Shown: positions 17,609 to 28,491, counted from the first letter of the stretch. The stretch: 64,000 bases of DNA from an uncultured Gemmatimonadales bacterium (GCA_963795085.1 CAWCFX010000003.1:1-64000); one strand, 5' to 3'. Numbers and translations: made by a program. The notes: generated from the sequence alone by a model not told the origin.

Positions 17609-18235
17609 CTAACTTGTCCCCGCCCGGCCTTGAAGCGCCGCGAGAAGCGCGACCAGCGCCTTTCCCCGATGGCTGGCGGCGTCTTTTTCCTCCGCGGTGG
17701 CGTCGCCGAATGATTTCTCCAGCTCATCGCTCCAGAACCATGGATCGTAGCCGAAACCGCCGCTGCCTCCGGGCTCTTCGAGGATCCGGCCGGTGGCCTC
17801 TCCTTCGAACACCTGGGGCACCGCCGTGGAGGACGCCAGATACACCAGCACGCAGCGATACCGGGCCCGTCGCTTGATCGCGGGAGCGCCCCGGAGCCGC
17901 CTGGCCAGTTCCGCATTGTTGGCCGCGTCCACCGCCGCGGCGCCCCCGGTGGCCCCCGCCCAACGCTTGGAGCGCACCCCGGGAGCTCCCCCCAGCGAGA
18001 GGACCTCAAGGCCCGAATCGTCGGCGACGGTCGGCATCCCGGTCAGCCGAGCGAAGTATTCCGCCTTGGACCGGGCATTGGTCTGAAACGAATCGGAGTT
18101 TTCCAGGGCATCCTCCGCCGCCGACTCGGCGATCCCCATGTCCTCGGGAAAGGCCACCTCGTGCCCGGCCGCTTCCAGCACCCGGCGCACCTCGCGCTGT
18201 TTGCCGGGACTTCGGGTGGCGAAGAGGAGCTTCAT
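17609..18235 (-). CDS. rdgB: Non-canonical purine NTP pyrophosphatase
   Basis: ATRSPGK, ADDSGLEV..LGGAPGVRS, GFGYDP, SHRGKA. Confidence 0.95.
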   Translation of the reverse strand: MKLLFATRSPGKQREVRRVLEAAGHEVAFPEDMGIAESAAEDALENSDSFQTNARSKAEYFARLTGMPTVADDSGLEVLSLGGAPGVRSKRWAGATGGAAAVDAANNAELARRLRGAPAIKRRARYRCVLVYLASSTAVPQVFEGEATGRILEEPGGSGGFGYDPWFWSDELEKSFGDATAEEKDAASHRGKALVALLAALQGRAGTS

Positions 18236-18291
18236 GGGAATTCAGCTAGCCGATTGGCGATAGAGATGAACCGGCAATCGGCTATTCCGGT

Positions 18292-19002
18292 TCATTGCCC
18301 CAGGCACTGGCGCTGCGCGGCGAACAGCTCGCCGATCCCTTTCTGGGCCAGGTCCATGAGGGCATCGAGGTCGGCGCGGGAAAAAGTCCCCTGCTCGCCG
18401 GTACCCTGGACTTCGACCAGCCGGTCGGGGTGGACCATGACCACGTTGGAGTCAACGTCGGCCACCTTGTCTTCCACGTAAGCCAGGTCCAGCATTCGCT
18501 CGCCGCCCACGATCCCGACCGAGACCGCGGAGACCAGGGTGCCGAAAGGCGAGGCGATCCCGGTTCGCTGGGCCAGCCAGGTACAGGCGTCGGCGAGCGC
18601 GACGCAGCCGCCGGTAATGCTGGCGGTGCGGGTGCCGCCATCGGCCTGCAGCACGTCACAGTCGATCCGGATGGTGTACTCGCCGAAAACCATGGTCTTC
18701 ATCGCGGCGCGGAGAGAGCGGCCGATCAGCCGCTGGATCTCCTGGGTACGGCCGCCGGGACCGTTGCGCTCCCGGCTGGTGCGTTCCGAGGTGGCCCGGG
18801 GGAGCATGGCGTACTCGGCGGTCACCCAGCCCTCGCCGCTGCCCTTCTTGAACCCGGGCACGCCAGGCTCGACGCTGGCCGTACAGTGCACCAGGGTGCC
18901 GCCCATCCGGATCAGGCAGGATCCTTCGGCATAGGGATTGGCCTTGCGCTCCAGCGCCAGCGGGCGCAGTTGGTCCGGGGTCCGTCCATCAAGTCGCGTC
19001 AC
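18292..19002 (-). CDS. rph: Ribonuclease PH
   Basis: [47 protein letters not shown] 19002. Confidence 0.97.
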   Translation of the reverse strand: MTRLDGRTPDQLRPLALERKANPYAEGSCLIRMGGTLVHCTASVEPGVPGFKKGSGEGWVTAEYAMLPRATSERTSRERNGPGGRTQEIQRLIGRSLRAAMKTMVFGEYTIRIDCDVLQADGGTRTASITGGCVALADACTWLAQRTGIASPFGTLVSAVSVGIVGGERMLDLAYVEDKVADVDSNVVMVHPDRLVEVQGTGEQGTFSRADLDALMDLAQKGIGELFAAQRQCLGQ

Positions 19003-19447
19003 GAAGTTGCTCCACCAGCCGGGTTGTCGAAAAGCCTGCCACCAATGGCACCCGCACCACCCGTCCACCGCGAGCCTCGACACTGTCGGCTCCCACGATC
19101 CGGTCCCGGGAATAGTCGGCGCCCTTCACCAGCACGTCGGGCCGCAGGGCTTCGATCAAGTCCAGCGGCGTATCTTCGTCAAACAGCACCACGCAATCGA
19201 CCGCCTCCAGGCCGGCCAGCACCCGGGCCCGGTCCGCTTCACTGACCAGGGGACGGCCGGGCCCTTTGCCGAGACGGCGCACCGAGGCGTCGGTGTTGAG
19301 CCCCACGATCAGGGCCTCGCCCTCGGCACGGGCCCGCTCCAGCAGTTCCACGTGGCCCCGGTGCACCAGGTCGAAGACGCCGTTGGTGAAGACCACGGAG
19401 CTCTGCCGCCCCGCCCGCCACCGGGCGGCGGCGTCCCGCGTCATCAC
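18989..19447 (-). CDS. rfaE2: D-glycero-beta-D-manno-heptose 1-phosphate adenylyltransferase
   Basis: [35 protein letters not shown]. Confidence 0.93.
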   Translation of the reverse strand: MMTRDAAARWRAGRQSSVVFTNGVFDLVHRGHVELLERARAEGEALIVGLNTDASVRRLGKGPGRPLVSEADRARVLAGLEAVDCVVLFDEDTPLDLIEALRPDVLVKGADYSRDRIVGADSVEARGGRVVRVPLVAGFSTTRLVEQLRDAT

Positions 19448-19461
19448 CTTCCGGAGGGTGG

Positions 19462-20763
19462 TCAGGACCGGGCGACCCGGTGGCGGAACACGGCCTGAAG
19501 GCCGATCGGCGCGACGAAGGTGGTGACGATGACCATGAGCAGGATCGCGCTGAAGAGTTCCTCGCCCAGGAGTCCCGCCCGGCGGCCGATGTCGGCAAAG
19601 ATGAGCCCGACTTCGCCGCGGGGAACCATGCCCACGCCAATCGCCAGCCGGTTCACCTTCTCCCAGGGCGCGGCCCAGCCGGCGGCCAGCTTGCCGATGA
19701 AGGCGATCGCCGTCAGTGCCGCGGCCATGCCGAGGACGCCCCAGGCGCCGGGCCGGAACGGATTGAGCAGGCCGAAGTCCACGCTACTGCCGACGAAGAC
19801 GAAGAAGATCGGTGAGAAGATGCCGGCCACCGGCTTGACTTCGCGCTCGATGATGTCGAACTGGTCCACCCCGGAGAGGATGAGCCCCGCCGCGAAGGCG
19901 CCGATGATCAGGGCCGATCCCGCCGCCGTCGCCAGGGCCGCCATGATCAGCACGAAGGCCATGGCGAAGGCCAGCAGCACATGGCGCACCCGCATCCGCT
20001 GGATCAGGTTGAACAGCTTGGGCGCCACGTAGCGCCCGACCATCACGCCGCCGACCAGGAACCCGATGGCCACCGCCGCGGTCCGGGTGATACCGGCCAC
20101 CGAAACCGCGGTGCCCGCCGCCAGCCCGGTCACCACGCTCAGGATCACCAGGCCGATGATGTCGTCGATCACCGCGGCGCCGATGATGATCCTGGCTTCC
20201 TTGGTATCCATGACATTGAGATCGGTGAGAACCCGGGCCGTGATGCCAACCGAGGTCGCGGTCAGGGTGGCGCCGACAAAGATGGCCGTGGCGGACATCC
20301 CGCCCGAGGAGGCCACCTGGAGGTGGGGCGCGTACATCCAGAACAGGAAGCCCAGCATGAACGGCAGGACCACCCCCACCGCCGCGACGGAGGTAGAAGC
20401 GGCTCCGACCCGGAACATCTGCCGCAGGTCGGTCTCCAGACCAATCTCGAACAGGAGCAGGACGACACCCAGTTCCGCCAGCAGGTAAATATGGTCCGCG
20501 CTCAGACCGTCCACCGGGACCAGCCCCAGCAGGGTGCGGCCGATCACGACGCCGGCGAGCAGTTCGCCCAGCACGGCCGGCTGGCCCAGCCGCTCGGCGG
20601 CCTCGCCCATCAGCTTGCCGGCCGTGAACATGAGGGCGAGGACCATGAACGTCCTCGGCACCGCCTCCGCGGTGCCGGCGGCCATCAGCGGCGGCGCCAG
20701 GACCAGGCTGGCGCCGAGCAGGAGGCAGACCCGAAGAGCTGTTCGCAGGGAGAAAATCCGCAC
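19462..20763 (-). CDS. Cation:proton antiporter (CPA2, NapA-like)
   Basis: Polytopic; [31 protein letters not shown]. Confidence 0.93.
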   Translation of the reverse strand: MRIFSLRTALRVCLLLGASLVLAPPLMAAGTAEAVPRTFMVLALMFTAGKLMGEAAERLGQPAVLGELLAGVVIGRTLLGLVPVDGLSADHIYLLAELGVVLLLFEIGLETDLRQMFRVGAASTSVAAVGVVLPFMLGFLFWMYAPHLQVASSGGMSATAIFVGATLTATSVGITARVLTDLNVMDTKEARIIIGAAVIDDIIGLVILSVVTGLAAGTAVSVAGITRTAAVAIGFLVGGVMVGRYVAPKLFNLIQRMRVRHVLLAFAMAFVLIMAALATAAGSALIIGAFAAGLILSGVDQFDIIEREVKPVAGIFSPIFFVFVGSSVDFGLLNPFRPGAWGVLGMAAALTAIAFIGKLAAGWAAPWEKVNRLAIGVGMVPRGEVGLIFADIGRRAGLLGEELFSAILLMVIVTTFVAPIGLQAVFRHRVARS

Positions 20764-20778
20764 CGGCCTACTCAGCGG

Positions 20779-21147
20779 TCACAGCGGTTCGACCGCCTCG
20801 GGCGTGAAGACGAAGGTATGCCTGAACAGGGGAAGGTCCACACTCTCGCTGTACTCCGTGGTAATCGTGATGGTCCGGGGCCGGCCCGAGCGGCGAATGG
20901 TGAATTTCTGGGCCTCGGGCGGCAACTGCAGTTCGTCAACCCGGGTGACCAGCCGGCGCCGGATCGTCGCGTCGGTGAGGCTGGGCGCCAGCCGGGCGTT
21001 GGTGCGCATGGCGTCCTTGAGCTGGTAGTACCGGAAGTACACCTTGCCGATGTTGAATCCGTAAAAAATGGCGGCGGCGAGCAGGATGAGCGAGAACAGG
21101 CATCCCAGCGTACTGGTACCGCGTGTCCTGCCCCTCGGGTTCACCAT
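20779..21147 (-). CDS. Hypothetical single-TM protein (DUF4845-like)
   Basis: Basic leader, then RG and a hydrophobic helix; in operon. Confidence 0.75.
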   Translation of the reverse strand: MVNPRGRTRGTSTLGCLFSLILLAAAIFYGFNIGKVYFRYYQLKDAMRTNARLAPSLTDATIRRRLVTRVDELQLPPEAQKFTIRRSGRPRTITITTEYSESVDLPLFRHTFVFTPEAVEPL

Positions 21148-21668
21148 TGTGACTGCGCCCCCTCGACGATGTTGGTGACCAGCTTTTCCAGCGCCCGTTC
21201 CCGTCCTTCAGCTTCGTTGGGCGGATCATACTCGCCATCCAGGGTCAGGCCGCTGCGCTGCCAGAGCGGCCGGCCGGTCCGCTGGTTCATGATTTCGACC
21301 GTCACCGTGATCTGCACCAGCCGCCGGGTGACGGTGATCTGCCCCTGGTCGTTGCCCCGGTAGGCCGTCGGCACATCCGGCTCGTACCTCGTAATGGAGC
21401 CCCGCACGACCGCGTCCGCCTGGCTCTCGCCTGCCTGCCGCAGCCCCAGCCGCCCCTGCACCGCCTCCCGCACCCGTTCCGAGATCAGTTGGGTGAGGGT
21501 CGGCTCCGAGGTGTAGTTGTCGAACGGGAGCACCGCGACCGTCTTGATGTCCGCCGGCAATCCCCCGCCCGCGAAGCCGTACAGGCACCCGCCCAGCCCG
21601 AGGAGGCTAAGGCTCAGGAGGTACCCAGGTCTCAGGCGGGAAGCCAGCCTCTTCGGTCGTCGAGACAA
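21141..21668 (-). CDS. LPS-assembly lipoprotein LptE family
   Basis: Lipobox LGGC, YGFAGG.LPADIKTVAV.PFDN.T, ADAVVRGSITRY; start uncertain. Confidence 0.8.
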   Translation of the reverse strand: MSRRPKRLASRLRPGYLLSLSLLGLGGCLYGFAGGGLPADIKTVAVLPFDNYTSEPTLTQLISERVREAVQGRLGLRQAGESQADAVVRGSITRYEPDVPTAYRGNDQGQITVTRRLVQITVTVEIMNQRTGRPLWQRSGLTLDGEYDPPNEAEGRERALEKLVTNIVEGAQSQW

Positions 21669-22317
21669 ATTGAATATCCAGTCGCGCGGGTACCTGGGGG
21701 ACGGTGAGCCGGGAACTGACCGGCCGGCCGTCGGCGGCGAGCTTGGTTTCCACCCGCCCGAACGCTTTTCCGTTGCGCCGCACCTCGGCGCTGAGCCGGG
21801 CGCCGGCTCCCGTCCGCCGCGAGTAGATCACCGTGTCGCCGCCGAGGGCATAGGCCCAGGTCGTGGTGGCGCCCTCTTCCAGGCCGAGCACCGAAGCGCG
21901 GGGATGGGGAAACCGGGCTACCCCGAACATGGCCCAGAGCAAGGTGTAATCGGGCACGATCTGGGCGACCGTTTCTTCCGGGACGGCCCAGACCGGCTGG
22001 TCGCCGATCACCAGCGCCGCCATCCGGCCGCTGCCCAGCGGGCCCCGCGCATCGAAGCGCAGCGTATCCGGCGAGGCCACCCGGGCCCGTCCCACCCCGC
22101 CCGCGCTGGAACGATCATCCTGGAACAACCACTTGAACTGCCGGATGGTGCGGCCGGACGGTTCCGTGGCAACAACCCAGGCCCTGAGCTGGACGGCGGA
22201 AGGGGTAGTGGCCGTAGGGGGTATCACCGGCCCTGCCGGCGGCTGGCACCCCAGGACCAGGCTGAGCGGAAGATAGATTGTCCGCCCAAGGCGGTCAAGC
22301 AAAAGCCGTTGTCGCAT
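21607..22317 (-). CDS. Hypothetical lipoprotein
   Basis: Lipobox VLGC, beta-rich; start coupled to the upstream stop. Confidence 0.7.
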   Translation of the reverse strand: MRQRLLLDRLGRTIYLPLSLVLGCQPPAGPVIPPTATTPSAVQLRAWVVATEPSGRTIRQFKWLFQDDRSSAGGVGRARVASPDTLRFDARGPLGSGRMAALVIGDQPVWAVPEETVAQIVPDYTLLWAMFGVARFPHPRASVLGLEEGATTTWAYALGGDTVIYSRRTGAGARLSAEVRRNGKAFGRVETKLAADGRPVSSRLTVPQVPARLDIQFVSTTEEAGFPPETWVPPEP

Positions 22318-25160
22318 CAGTAGTTATAGCCGAAGAAGAAGTTGATGAACCCCCGCTTCTGCTGGCTGGCATCCAGCGGATAGCTGGAGAAGTCACCATC
22401 GGTGAACCGGCGCCCGACGTCCATCCGCAACACCAGGAACGGCGCCAGGGCCCAGCGGAGGCTTCCGCCATAACTGCCGAGCAGCGCCCGGTCGCTGGGT
22501 TCCCGGAACCAGGCCTTGCCCAGGTCGAAGAAGGCCGCCCCCTGGAGTTCCGGGAAGGTCACTGCGCCGACCGGGGTGCCGAAGGTCAGGTAGTTGAGGA
22601 GGGGGAACCGGATCTCCTGGTTGATGAGAAAGGCCCGGGAGCCCACGATCCGGCCGAAGGGCGGGTAGCCGCGCAGCCCCAGTGATCCCCCGATGTTGAT
22701 ACGCCGGGGGCGGTCGCCGCCGCTGTACCAGCCGTTGGCCCGGATGGCGACGGCGCTTCGGTTGCCCAGCCGCAGGTACCGGCGGACGTCGAGGTTGACC
22801 AGGTAACTGTCGAAGCGGCTGTTCGAGAAATCGCTGCTCACCCCCGCGGTGATCCTGAATCGGCCGCCATCAATCGGACCGGAGGGAAGCCAGAGCGAAT
22901 TGTCCTGCACGTAGCTCAGGTAGTTGGACGCGATCCACCCCGTGCGGGTCAGCCCGTCCGCGGTCGGCACCGCACTGCCGTCCGGGAAGTCGAAGTCGGT
23001 GCGCTCCGACCGCTCAAAGACCGCTTCCGCCTGCACCCGGCGGAACCGGTCGAACGGATAGCGCAGGACGCCGAGGAGTCCCAGCGTCTTCTCCCGGTAG
23101 GAGATGATGCCGGGTTCGGAGAAGCTGCTCAGGTTAGTGCGGAATCCGCCCAGTCCCCAGTTCAGCCGGCGCGACTGGTTGATATAGACGCCGGAGATAT
23201 TGAGGTTCTCGAAGATGTTGCCCAGCCGGCGGCCCTGGTAAGTGGCGAAGCCGACCAGGACCACCTGGTCATTCAGGAGGTCGCTCAGGAAGAACTGGGC
23301 GCCCTGCAGGCCGCCCACCCCGGGGATCACCGCCGCCTCGCCGGCGGCGAAATCGAGCGTCAGCTTGCGCCGGTAGGGTTCCCGGGTGACCGCAAGGCTT
23401 CCCGACGTGTCGATGACAGGCCAGGTCCACCGGGAGTGGGGCGCGCCGGTCTCGATCGCGAAGGTGTCGGCCCGGGCCGCCGAGTCGGCGGGATAGAGGT
23501 AGATATTCCAGCCCAGGTCATGGAATCCGCCTACCAGCAGCGCATTTCGTTCCGGCACGTAGGCGGGATCGAACGCCCCGGTCCACGCCGACGTCTCCCG
23601 GCGCCCCTGGCCCAGCGAGTCGAGCGAGAACACGTTCAGCACGCCGTCCCGGCTGGAGGCGAAGTAGATCCGTCCGTCGCTGGCCCAGCGGGGGGTCTCG
23701 TCCAGCCAGGGCCCGGCGGTCAACTGGCGGATCGCGCGGGTTCCGAGGTCCAGCAGGAAAAGGTTCATCGCCCCGTCCGGCCCGCCCGCCGTGCGGTCGG
23801 ACGCGAACACTACCTGGTCGCCATCGGGGCTCACGCTGGGATCGATATCCTGGTAGATGTCGTCGGTGAGCTTTTCGAGCGTCCCACCCGGCAGGCTGAC
23901 GCGGTACAGGTCGGAGATGCCGCTCACGGCCAGGCCGCTGAACACGATGCTCCGGCCATCGGCGGACCACGCCGGGGAAAGAATGGAGACCAGCTCCTCG
24001 AACTGGTAGCGCCCGGCCAGGTCGTTCTTCGCGAGGTCCCAGATGATCAATGCATCGCGGTCATGCGACTTGGAGGAAAACAGCAGATAGCCTTCCCGGG
24101 AGGGATCCACCCGGGACTCAAACGGATGAAACGACTCCAGGTCGGCGGACCGCCCCGCCCGCGCGACATCCCGGGGCGCGCCGCCCTCCAGTGCCCTCCG
24201 CCGGATGGTGATGTACCCGCCTTCGGCGGACAGGTAGAACATCTCGCCCAGGGAGTCGCTCCCGGCATTGCCGTACGCGGGCTTGATGCTCCCGCGGGCG
24301 ATTTCCCGCCCCGCCAGCGGCAGCGGCTCATGGTCCAGTGCGGTCGGATAGTATTCTCGCCGCATGGCCAGTTGCCATTCCTCGTTCAACTGCGCGAGGG
24401 TGCGGCCATACACGGCGAGCAGGGCGTCGTCGAAGCTGCCGTAGCGCCAGAACTCCTGGTAGAACAGGGCCACCCGCCAATCGCCGTAGGTGTCGGCCAG
24501 CCAGCGGTGAATCCTGCCGCCCAGCGGATACACGATTCCGCTGGTGACATAGGTCAGTTGCTCCAGGTCGGGGAGCCGCCCCGACAGGGTGATGTCCCGC
24601 ATGATCATCTCGTCCCGCGGCTCCTGGCCGCCGGACCACAACTCGGCCAGGCCCTCGGACCACCAGAGCGGCACCGGGAACTGCCCGGTCCGGGCGTTCT
24701 TGTAGTAGGACTCGAGCGCGCTGCTCAGCTGGAACACATGGACCATCTCGTGGCGCAGCGTATGGCGGAACTCGGACCAGTTGCCCCGGAACGGAAGCGT
24801 CACCCGCCGCTTGAGAAAATCGGTGACGCCAAGCAACCCCTCGGGAGGCACGAAGGGCAGAATATTGGTCTGCTCGAAATCGGAATGCGAGGCATACACG
24901 ATGAGCGGAATCCGCGACTTCACCTCGTGGCCGAACTGCAGCGCCAGGGTATCGTAGCTCTGCTCCGCGTAGGCCAGGGCCACCGGCGCCAGCTGTTCCT
25001 CGGCGGCGTAGTAGTAAAGATCGATGTGGGGTCCCTTGAGGACCCGCCAGTCGAACTGCCGGTACTGGATCTTGTTCTGCCCGAAGGAGCCGAACTGGGC
25101 GCTGGCGGCCGGTGCCGCCAGCCATCCCAGGGCGAGGGCCAGCAGGAGGGTACGGATCAT
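22317..25160 (-). CDS. Omp85-superfamily protein with an N-terminal zincin-like domain and TolB-like (PD40) propeller
   Basis: Signal peptide; HEMVH...PLWWSEGLAE; PAWSADG/PSVSPDG/PRWASDG; GLRGY loop motif; C-terminal FFFGYNY. Confidence 0.85.
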   Translation of the reverse strand: MIRTLLLALALGWLAAPAASAQFGSFGQNKIQYRQFDWRVLKGPHIDLYYYAAEEQLAPVALAYAEQSYDTLALQFGHEVKSRIPLIVYASHSDFEQTNILPFVPPEGLLGVTDFLKRRVTLPFRGNWSEFRHTLRHEMVHVFQLSSALESYYKNARTGQFPVPLWWSEGLAELWSGGQEPRDEMIMRDITLSGRLPDLEQLTYVTSGIVYPLGGRIHRWLADTYGDWRVALFYQEFWRYGSFDDALLAVYGRTLAQLNEEWQLAMRREYYPTALDHEPLPLAGREIARGSIKPAYGNAGSDSLGEMFYLSAEGGYITIRRRALEGGAPRDVARAGRSADLESFHPFESRVDPSREGYLLFSSKSHDRDALIIWDLAKNDLAGRYQFEELVSILSPAWSADGRSIVFSGLAVSGISDLYRVSLPGGTLEKLTDDIYQDIDPSVSPDGDQVVFASDRTAGGPDGAMNLFLLDLGTRAIRQLTAGPWLDETPRWASDGRIYFASSRDGVLNVFSLDSLGQGRRETSAWTGAFDPAYVPERNALLVGGFHDLGWNIYLYPADSAARADTFAIETGAPHSRWTWPVIDTSGSLAVTREPYRRKLTLDFAAGEAAVIPGVGGLQGAQFFLSDLLNDQVVLVGFATYQGRRLGNIFENLNISGVYINQSRRLNWGLGGFRTNLSSFSEPGIISYREKTLGLLGVLRYPFDRFRRVQAEAVFERSERTDFDFPDGSAVPTADGLTRTGWIASNYLSYVQDNSLWLPSGPIDGGRFRITAGVSSDFSNSRFDSYLVNLDVRRYLRLGNRSAVAIRANGWYSGGDRPRRINIGGSLGLRGYPPFGRIVGSRAFLINQEIRFPLLNYLTFGTPVGAVTFPELQGAAFFDLGKAWFREPSDRALLGSYGGSLRWALAPFLVLRMDVGRRFTDGDFSSYPLDASQQKRGFINFFFGYNY

Positions 25161-27172
25161 CGGCGAATGGTGGTGATGCGGTCTCCCTGGGAGATCCGCT
25201 TGAAGGCGCCGCCGCCACCGACCACCCGCCCGAAGACGGTATAGGCTCCGTCGAGATGGGGCTGCGGGCTGTGGGTGATGAACCACTGGCTGCTCCCGGT
25301 ATCGGGGCCGGAGAGCGCCATTCCCACCACCTGGGCGCCATAGCGGCGGCGGTTGATCTCGTCCCGGATGACGCCGGGGGAGCTGCCCCAGCCGTCCCCG
25401 CGGCGGTCCCCGTCCTGAACCACGAAGTTGGGGACCACGCGGTGCCAGCTGTTGCCGTCGAAGTAGTGACGGTCCACCAGCAGGAGAAAGTGGGCCACCG
25501 TGAGCGGGGCCTCGGGCCCGAACAGTTCCAGCTCAATGACGCTGCGCTGTTCGGTCTCGATGAACACGCGGGGATAGCGGGACTGGTCGGTCCCGACCAC
25601 GTAGCGGCGCGCCAGCTGGCGATAGTCTTCGAGCGTGCGCCCGGTTTCGATGGGAACCGCGGGCCCCCACCGGTCCGCGGCCTCCGGCCACGCGGTTTCG
25701 GCCCAGCGCCGGATGACCGGCGATTCGGGACGGGCCGCCACCTGCAGGAAGAGTTGCTCCACCCGGAGAGCGGCGGCTGGACTGGCTGAGGCGATAGAAT
25801 CGAGCGCGCCCAGGATGGCCAGGGCGGCGTCGGGCGAGGAATCCCGGTCGCCGAGCCGGTAGGCCGCGGTGAGCGGGGCGACATCGGCCGGATCGGCGGC
25901 CCGGCCGACGATGGACGCCGCAGTGCCCCGCACAGCGATATCCGGGTGCGCGAGGTAGGACCGGGCCAGCCGCAGCACGCCGGGATCAGCGTCGCCCCGG
26001 TTCCAGGCATCCAGCGCGGCCGCGATGACCCGGGGATCCCGCTCCTCCGCGAGGGATGGCCGGGTCCCCCCATGCACCACGGTCATGGCTTCGATGGCCG
26101 CCGCCCGGTCACGCCAGTCCCCGCTCCCTGCCCATCCGGGGCGGACCGCGAGAAACGCGGTGCTGTCCACCCGGGCCAGCGCGAGGAGCGCTTCGCGGCG
26201 CACTGCCCAGGGCTCCCTCGACTTGAGAATGTCGGTCAGCGCCGCCGCCGCTTCCGCTCCGCCAGTCAGGCCCAGGGTGGCCGCCGCCGTGACCCGGGTG
26301 TTGACGTCCTGGTCGGCAAGCAGCGGCGTGATGGCCGCGCTCGCGGAAGAATCGGCAAAGGAGCCCAGGGCCCGGAGCGCGTTGATGCGGACTCCGTCGT
26401 CATCATCGGCGAGGAGCCGCTTGAGATCGGCGATCACCGCGTCGGCGGGTAGCCCGGCACTGTCGGCATAGCTCCGGTTCAGCGCCCGGGCCGCCCACGA
26501 GCGGTGCAACGGGATCTTGTCGCGAAGGGCCAGCACCAGGAGGGGACCGGCCAGCGGTGGGCGAACCCGGGCGACCGAATAGAGCGCCGCCTGCCGCATT
26601 TCGATCAGGGTGTCCCGGAGAAACGGCACCAGGTCGTTGATGGGACCCGATCGGCCAAGGCGCCAGAGTTCGCGGGCCACCTGGAGCGCGACCCCGGCGG
26701 TGGTGTCGGCGGTCACGACCTGGGTGCGCCGCAGCACGCCGGCGAAGAAGGGCCCCACCCGGGGGTCACCGATCTTGGCCAGGGCGGTGATTCCCTCCTG
26801 GGCGGCTTCCCGCCAGAGGCCGGGGCGTTCGGAAAACCGGGTGAGAATGGGCCCGACCGCCGCCGTATCGCGCAGCAGCCCGAGCGCGAACATGAGGTCG
26901 GCCTGGACGGTCGAATCCGGGTCCCGCAGGTGTTCGAGGATCAGCCCGGTTCCCCGGAGGTCACCCACCCGGCCAACGGCCAGGGCCGTCTTCCGGCGGA
27001 CCAGCGGATCGGGATGCTCCAGCCCCCGTCGGAACAGCGCCAGGTCAAAGCGGCGGGCATCTTCCGCCATGAGCACGGGCGCGATCGCTTCGATCACGGC
27101 CTCGTGCTGGGCCTGGACGGTCCGGCCCGCCAGGGCGAGCGCCGCCAGCAGAACCACCGTGCGGATGGTCAT
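25157..27172 (-). CDS. Secreted HEAT-repeat protein with a C-terminal cyclophilin PPIase
   Basis: Repeats such as HPDPLVRRKTALAVG and DDDDGVRINALRALG; APLTV..F, WHRVVPNFVVQDGD, GMALSGPDTGSSQWFIT, YTVFGRV. Confidence 0.9.
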   Translation of the reverse strand: MTIRTVVLLAALALAGRTVQAQHEAVIEAIAPVLMAEDARRFDLALFRRGLEHPDPLVRRKTALAVGRVGDLRGTGLILEHLRDPDSTVQADLMFALGLLRDTAAVGPILTRFSERPGLWREAAQEGITALAKIGDPRVGPFFAGVLRRTQVVTADTTAGVALQVARELWRLGRSGPINDLVPFLRDTLIEMRQAALYSVARVRPPLAGPLLVLALRDKIPLHRSWAARALNRSYADSAGLPADAVIADLKRLLADDDDGVRINALRALGSFADSSASAAITPLLADQDVNTRVTAAATLGLTGGAEAAAALTDILKSREPWAVRREALLALARVDSTAFLAVRPGWAGSGDWRDRAAAIEAMTVVHGGTRPSLAEERDPRVIAAALDAWNRGDADPGVLRLARSYLAHPDIAVRGTAASIVGRAADPADVAPLTAAYRLGDRDSSPDAALAILGALDSIASASPAAALRVEQLFLQVAARPESPVIRRWAETAWPEAADRWGPAVPIETGRTLEDYRQLARRYVVGTDQSRYPRVFIETEQRSVIELELFGPEAPLTVAHFLLLVDRHYFDGNSWHRVVPNFVVQDGDRRGDGWGSSPGVIRDEINRRRYGAQVVGMALSGPDTGSSQWFITHSPQPHLDGAYTVFGRVVGGGGAFKRISQGDRITTIRR

Positions 27173-27606
27173 AGTTTCACCGGGTCTTCGGTCACGGCCA
27201 GCAGTCCGGCCACCTCCGGAGGCAACCGGGTGGGCCGGTGGTCATCGCTTAACGAGAACAGCGCGGTGGTCGCGGTGGCGAGCAGGACGCCGGTCTCGGC
27301 ATGCTCGAGCGCGTAGCCGAAGATGATCCGCCGGGAGCCCAGTTCCCTGACCCAGCAGCGGACCCGCACCAGATCGTCATACCGGGCTGGTTGCCGGTAA
27401 CGCATCGTGAGTTCCCCTACGGCCAGCCGGACGCCCATCGCCTCCACCTCCTTGTAGCTCATCCCCGCCGCACGGAGGTGCTCGGTCCGGGCCACGTCCA
27501 GCCACACCACGTAACGCGCGTGGTACACGACGCCCATCTGATCGGTTTCGGAGTAGTTGACGCGAACCGTGATTTCCGTGATTCGGGGACGGGCGGCAGC
27601 GGACAA
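27169..27606 (-). CDS. Acyl-CoA thioesterase (YbgC/FadM family)
   Basis: VRVNYSETDQMGVVYHARY, PARYDD. Confidence 0.92.
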   Translation of the reverse strand: MSAAARPRITEITVRVNYSETDQMGVVYHARYVVWLDVARTEHLRAAGMSYKEVEAMGVRLAVGELTMRYRQPARYDDLVRVRCWVRELGSRRIIFGYALEHAETGVLLATATTALFSLSDDHRPTRLPPEVAGLLAVTEDPVKL

Positions 27607-27716
27607 TGGACCTTACCTGTAGACGAATGGGCAGAGCACAGGGGCACAGGAAGTATAAACAGGGCGCCACGACCGGGCGGGACGACGGGGCGGCAGAGCC
27701 GGGCGCCCCGCAGCGT

Positions 27717-27745
27717 TTGCCCGCCCTCTTTGTCCGCCCTATCTT
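27717..27745 (+). promoter_or_regulatory. Sigma70-like promoter, probably leaderless, for lpxH
   Basis: TTGCCC-N17-TATCTT, 5 nt before GTG 27751; no SD. Confidence 0.5.
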
Positions 27746-27750
27746 CCGGC

Positions 27751-28491
27751 GTGCTCGGTCATCAACTCGTCATCGTCTCCGATGCCCACCTCGGCGCCAC
27801 GCCGCCCGCTGTCGAGGAGGCGCTGCTGGCGTTTCTCGAGGCGGTGCCCTCCCTGGGCGATTGCCTCCTGGTCAATGGCGACCTCTTTGATTTCTGGTTC
27901 GAGTACCGGCGGGTCATCCCGCGGAGCGGCTTTCGGGTCGCCGCGGCGCTGGCGGCGCTCCGGCGGCGGGTGCCGATCGTCATGATCGGAGGGAACCACG
28001 ACCGCTGGGGCGGCGATTTCTGGCGCGCCGACCTCGGCATCCAGTTCCATCCCCACCGACACCGATTCACGATCGGCCACCGCCCGGTGCTGGCCGTCCA
28101 CGGCGACGGCCTCACCGAACAGCACTGGTCGGCAACCCTGATGCACCGCCTGACCAGCAACCGGCTGGTAGTTGGAACCTTTGCGGCCCTGCACCCGTCC
28201 CTTGGGTTCTGGCTGGCCGACCGGATGAGCCACGGCCTCGGTAATACCACCCGGGACCCTGCGGTGCTGGACCGCGCCGCCCAGCGGCAGCTGGAGTGGG
28301 CCGAGCGGACGCTGGCCGACGATGCCGCGCTGGGGCTGGTGGTCATGGGCCATACCCACCGCCCCGCCCTGCTGGAGACCGCGCCGGGACGCCAGTACAT
28401 CAACCCCGGCGCCTGGCTGGACGGGTTCTGCTATGCGACGGCGACCGCACAGGGCGCTGAGCTCAAACAATTTCTACCCCAGGAGCCCTGA
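27751..28491 (+). CDS. UDP-2,3-diacylglucosamine hydrolase (LpxH-like metallophosphoesterase)
   Basis: SDAHLG, GDLFDFW, GNHD, HGD, GHTH, NPGAW. Confidence 0.88.
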   Translation: MLGHQLVIVSDAHLGATPPAVEEALLAFLEAVPSLGDCLLVNGDLFDFWFEYRRVIPRSGFRVAAALAALRRRVPIVMIGGNHDRWGGDFWRADLGIQFHPHRHRFTIGHRPVLAVHGDGLTEQHWSATLMHRLTSNRLVVGTFAALHPSLGFWLADRMSHGLGNTTRDPAVLDRAAQRQLEWAERTLADDAALGLVVMGHTHRPALLETAPGRQYINPGAWLDGFCYATATAQGAELKQFLPQEP

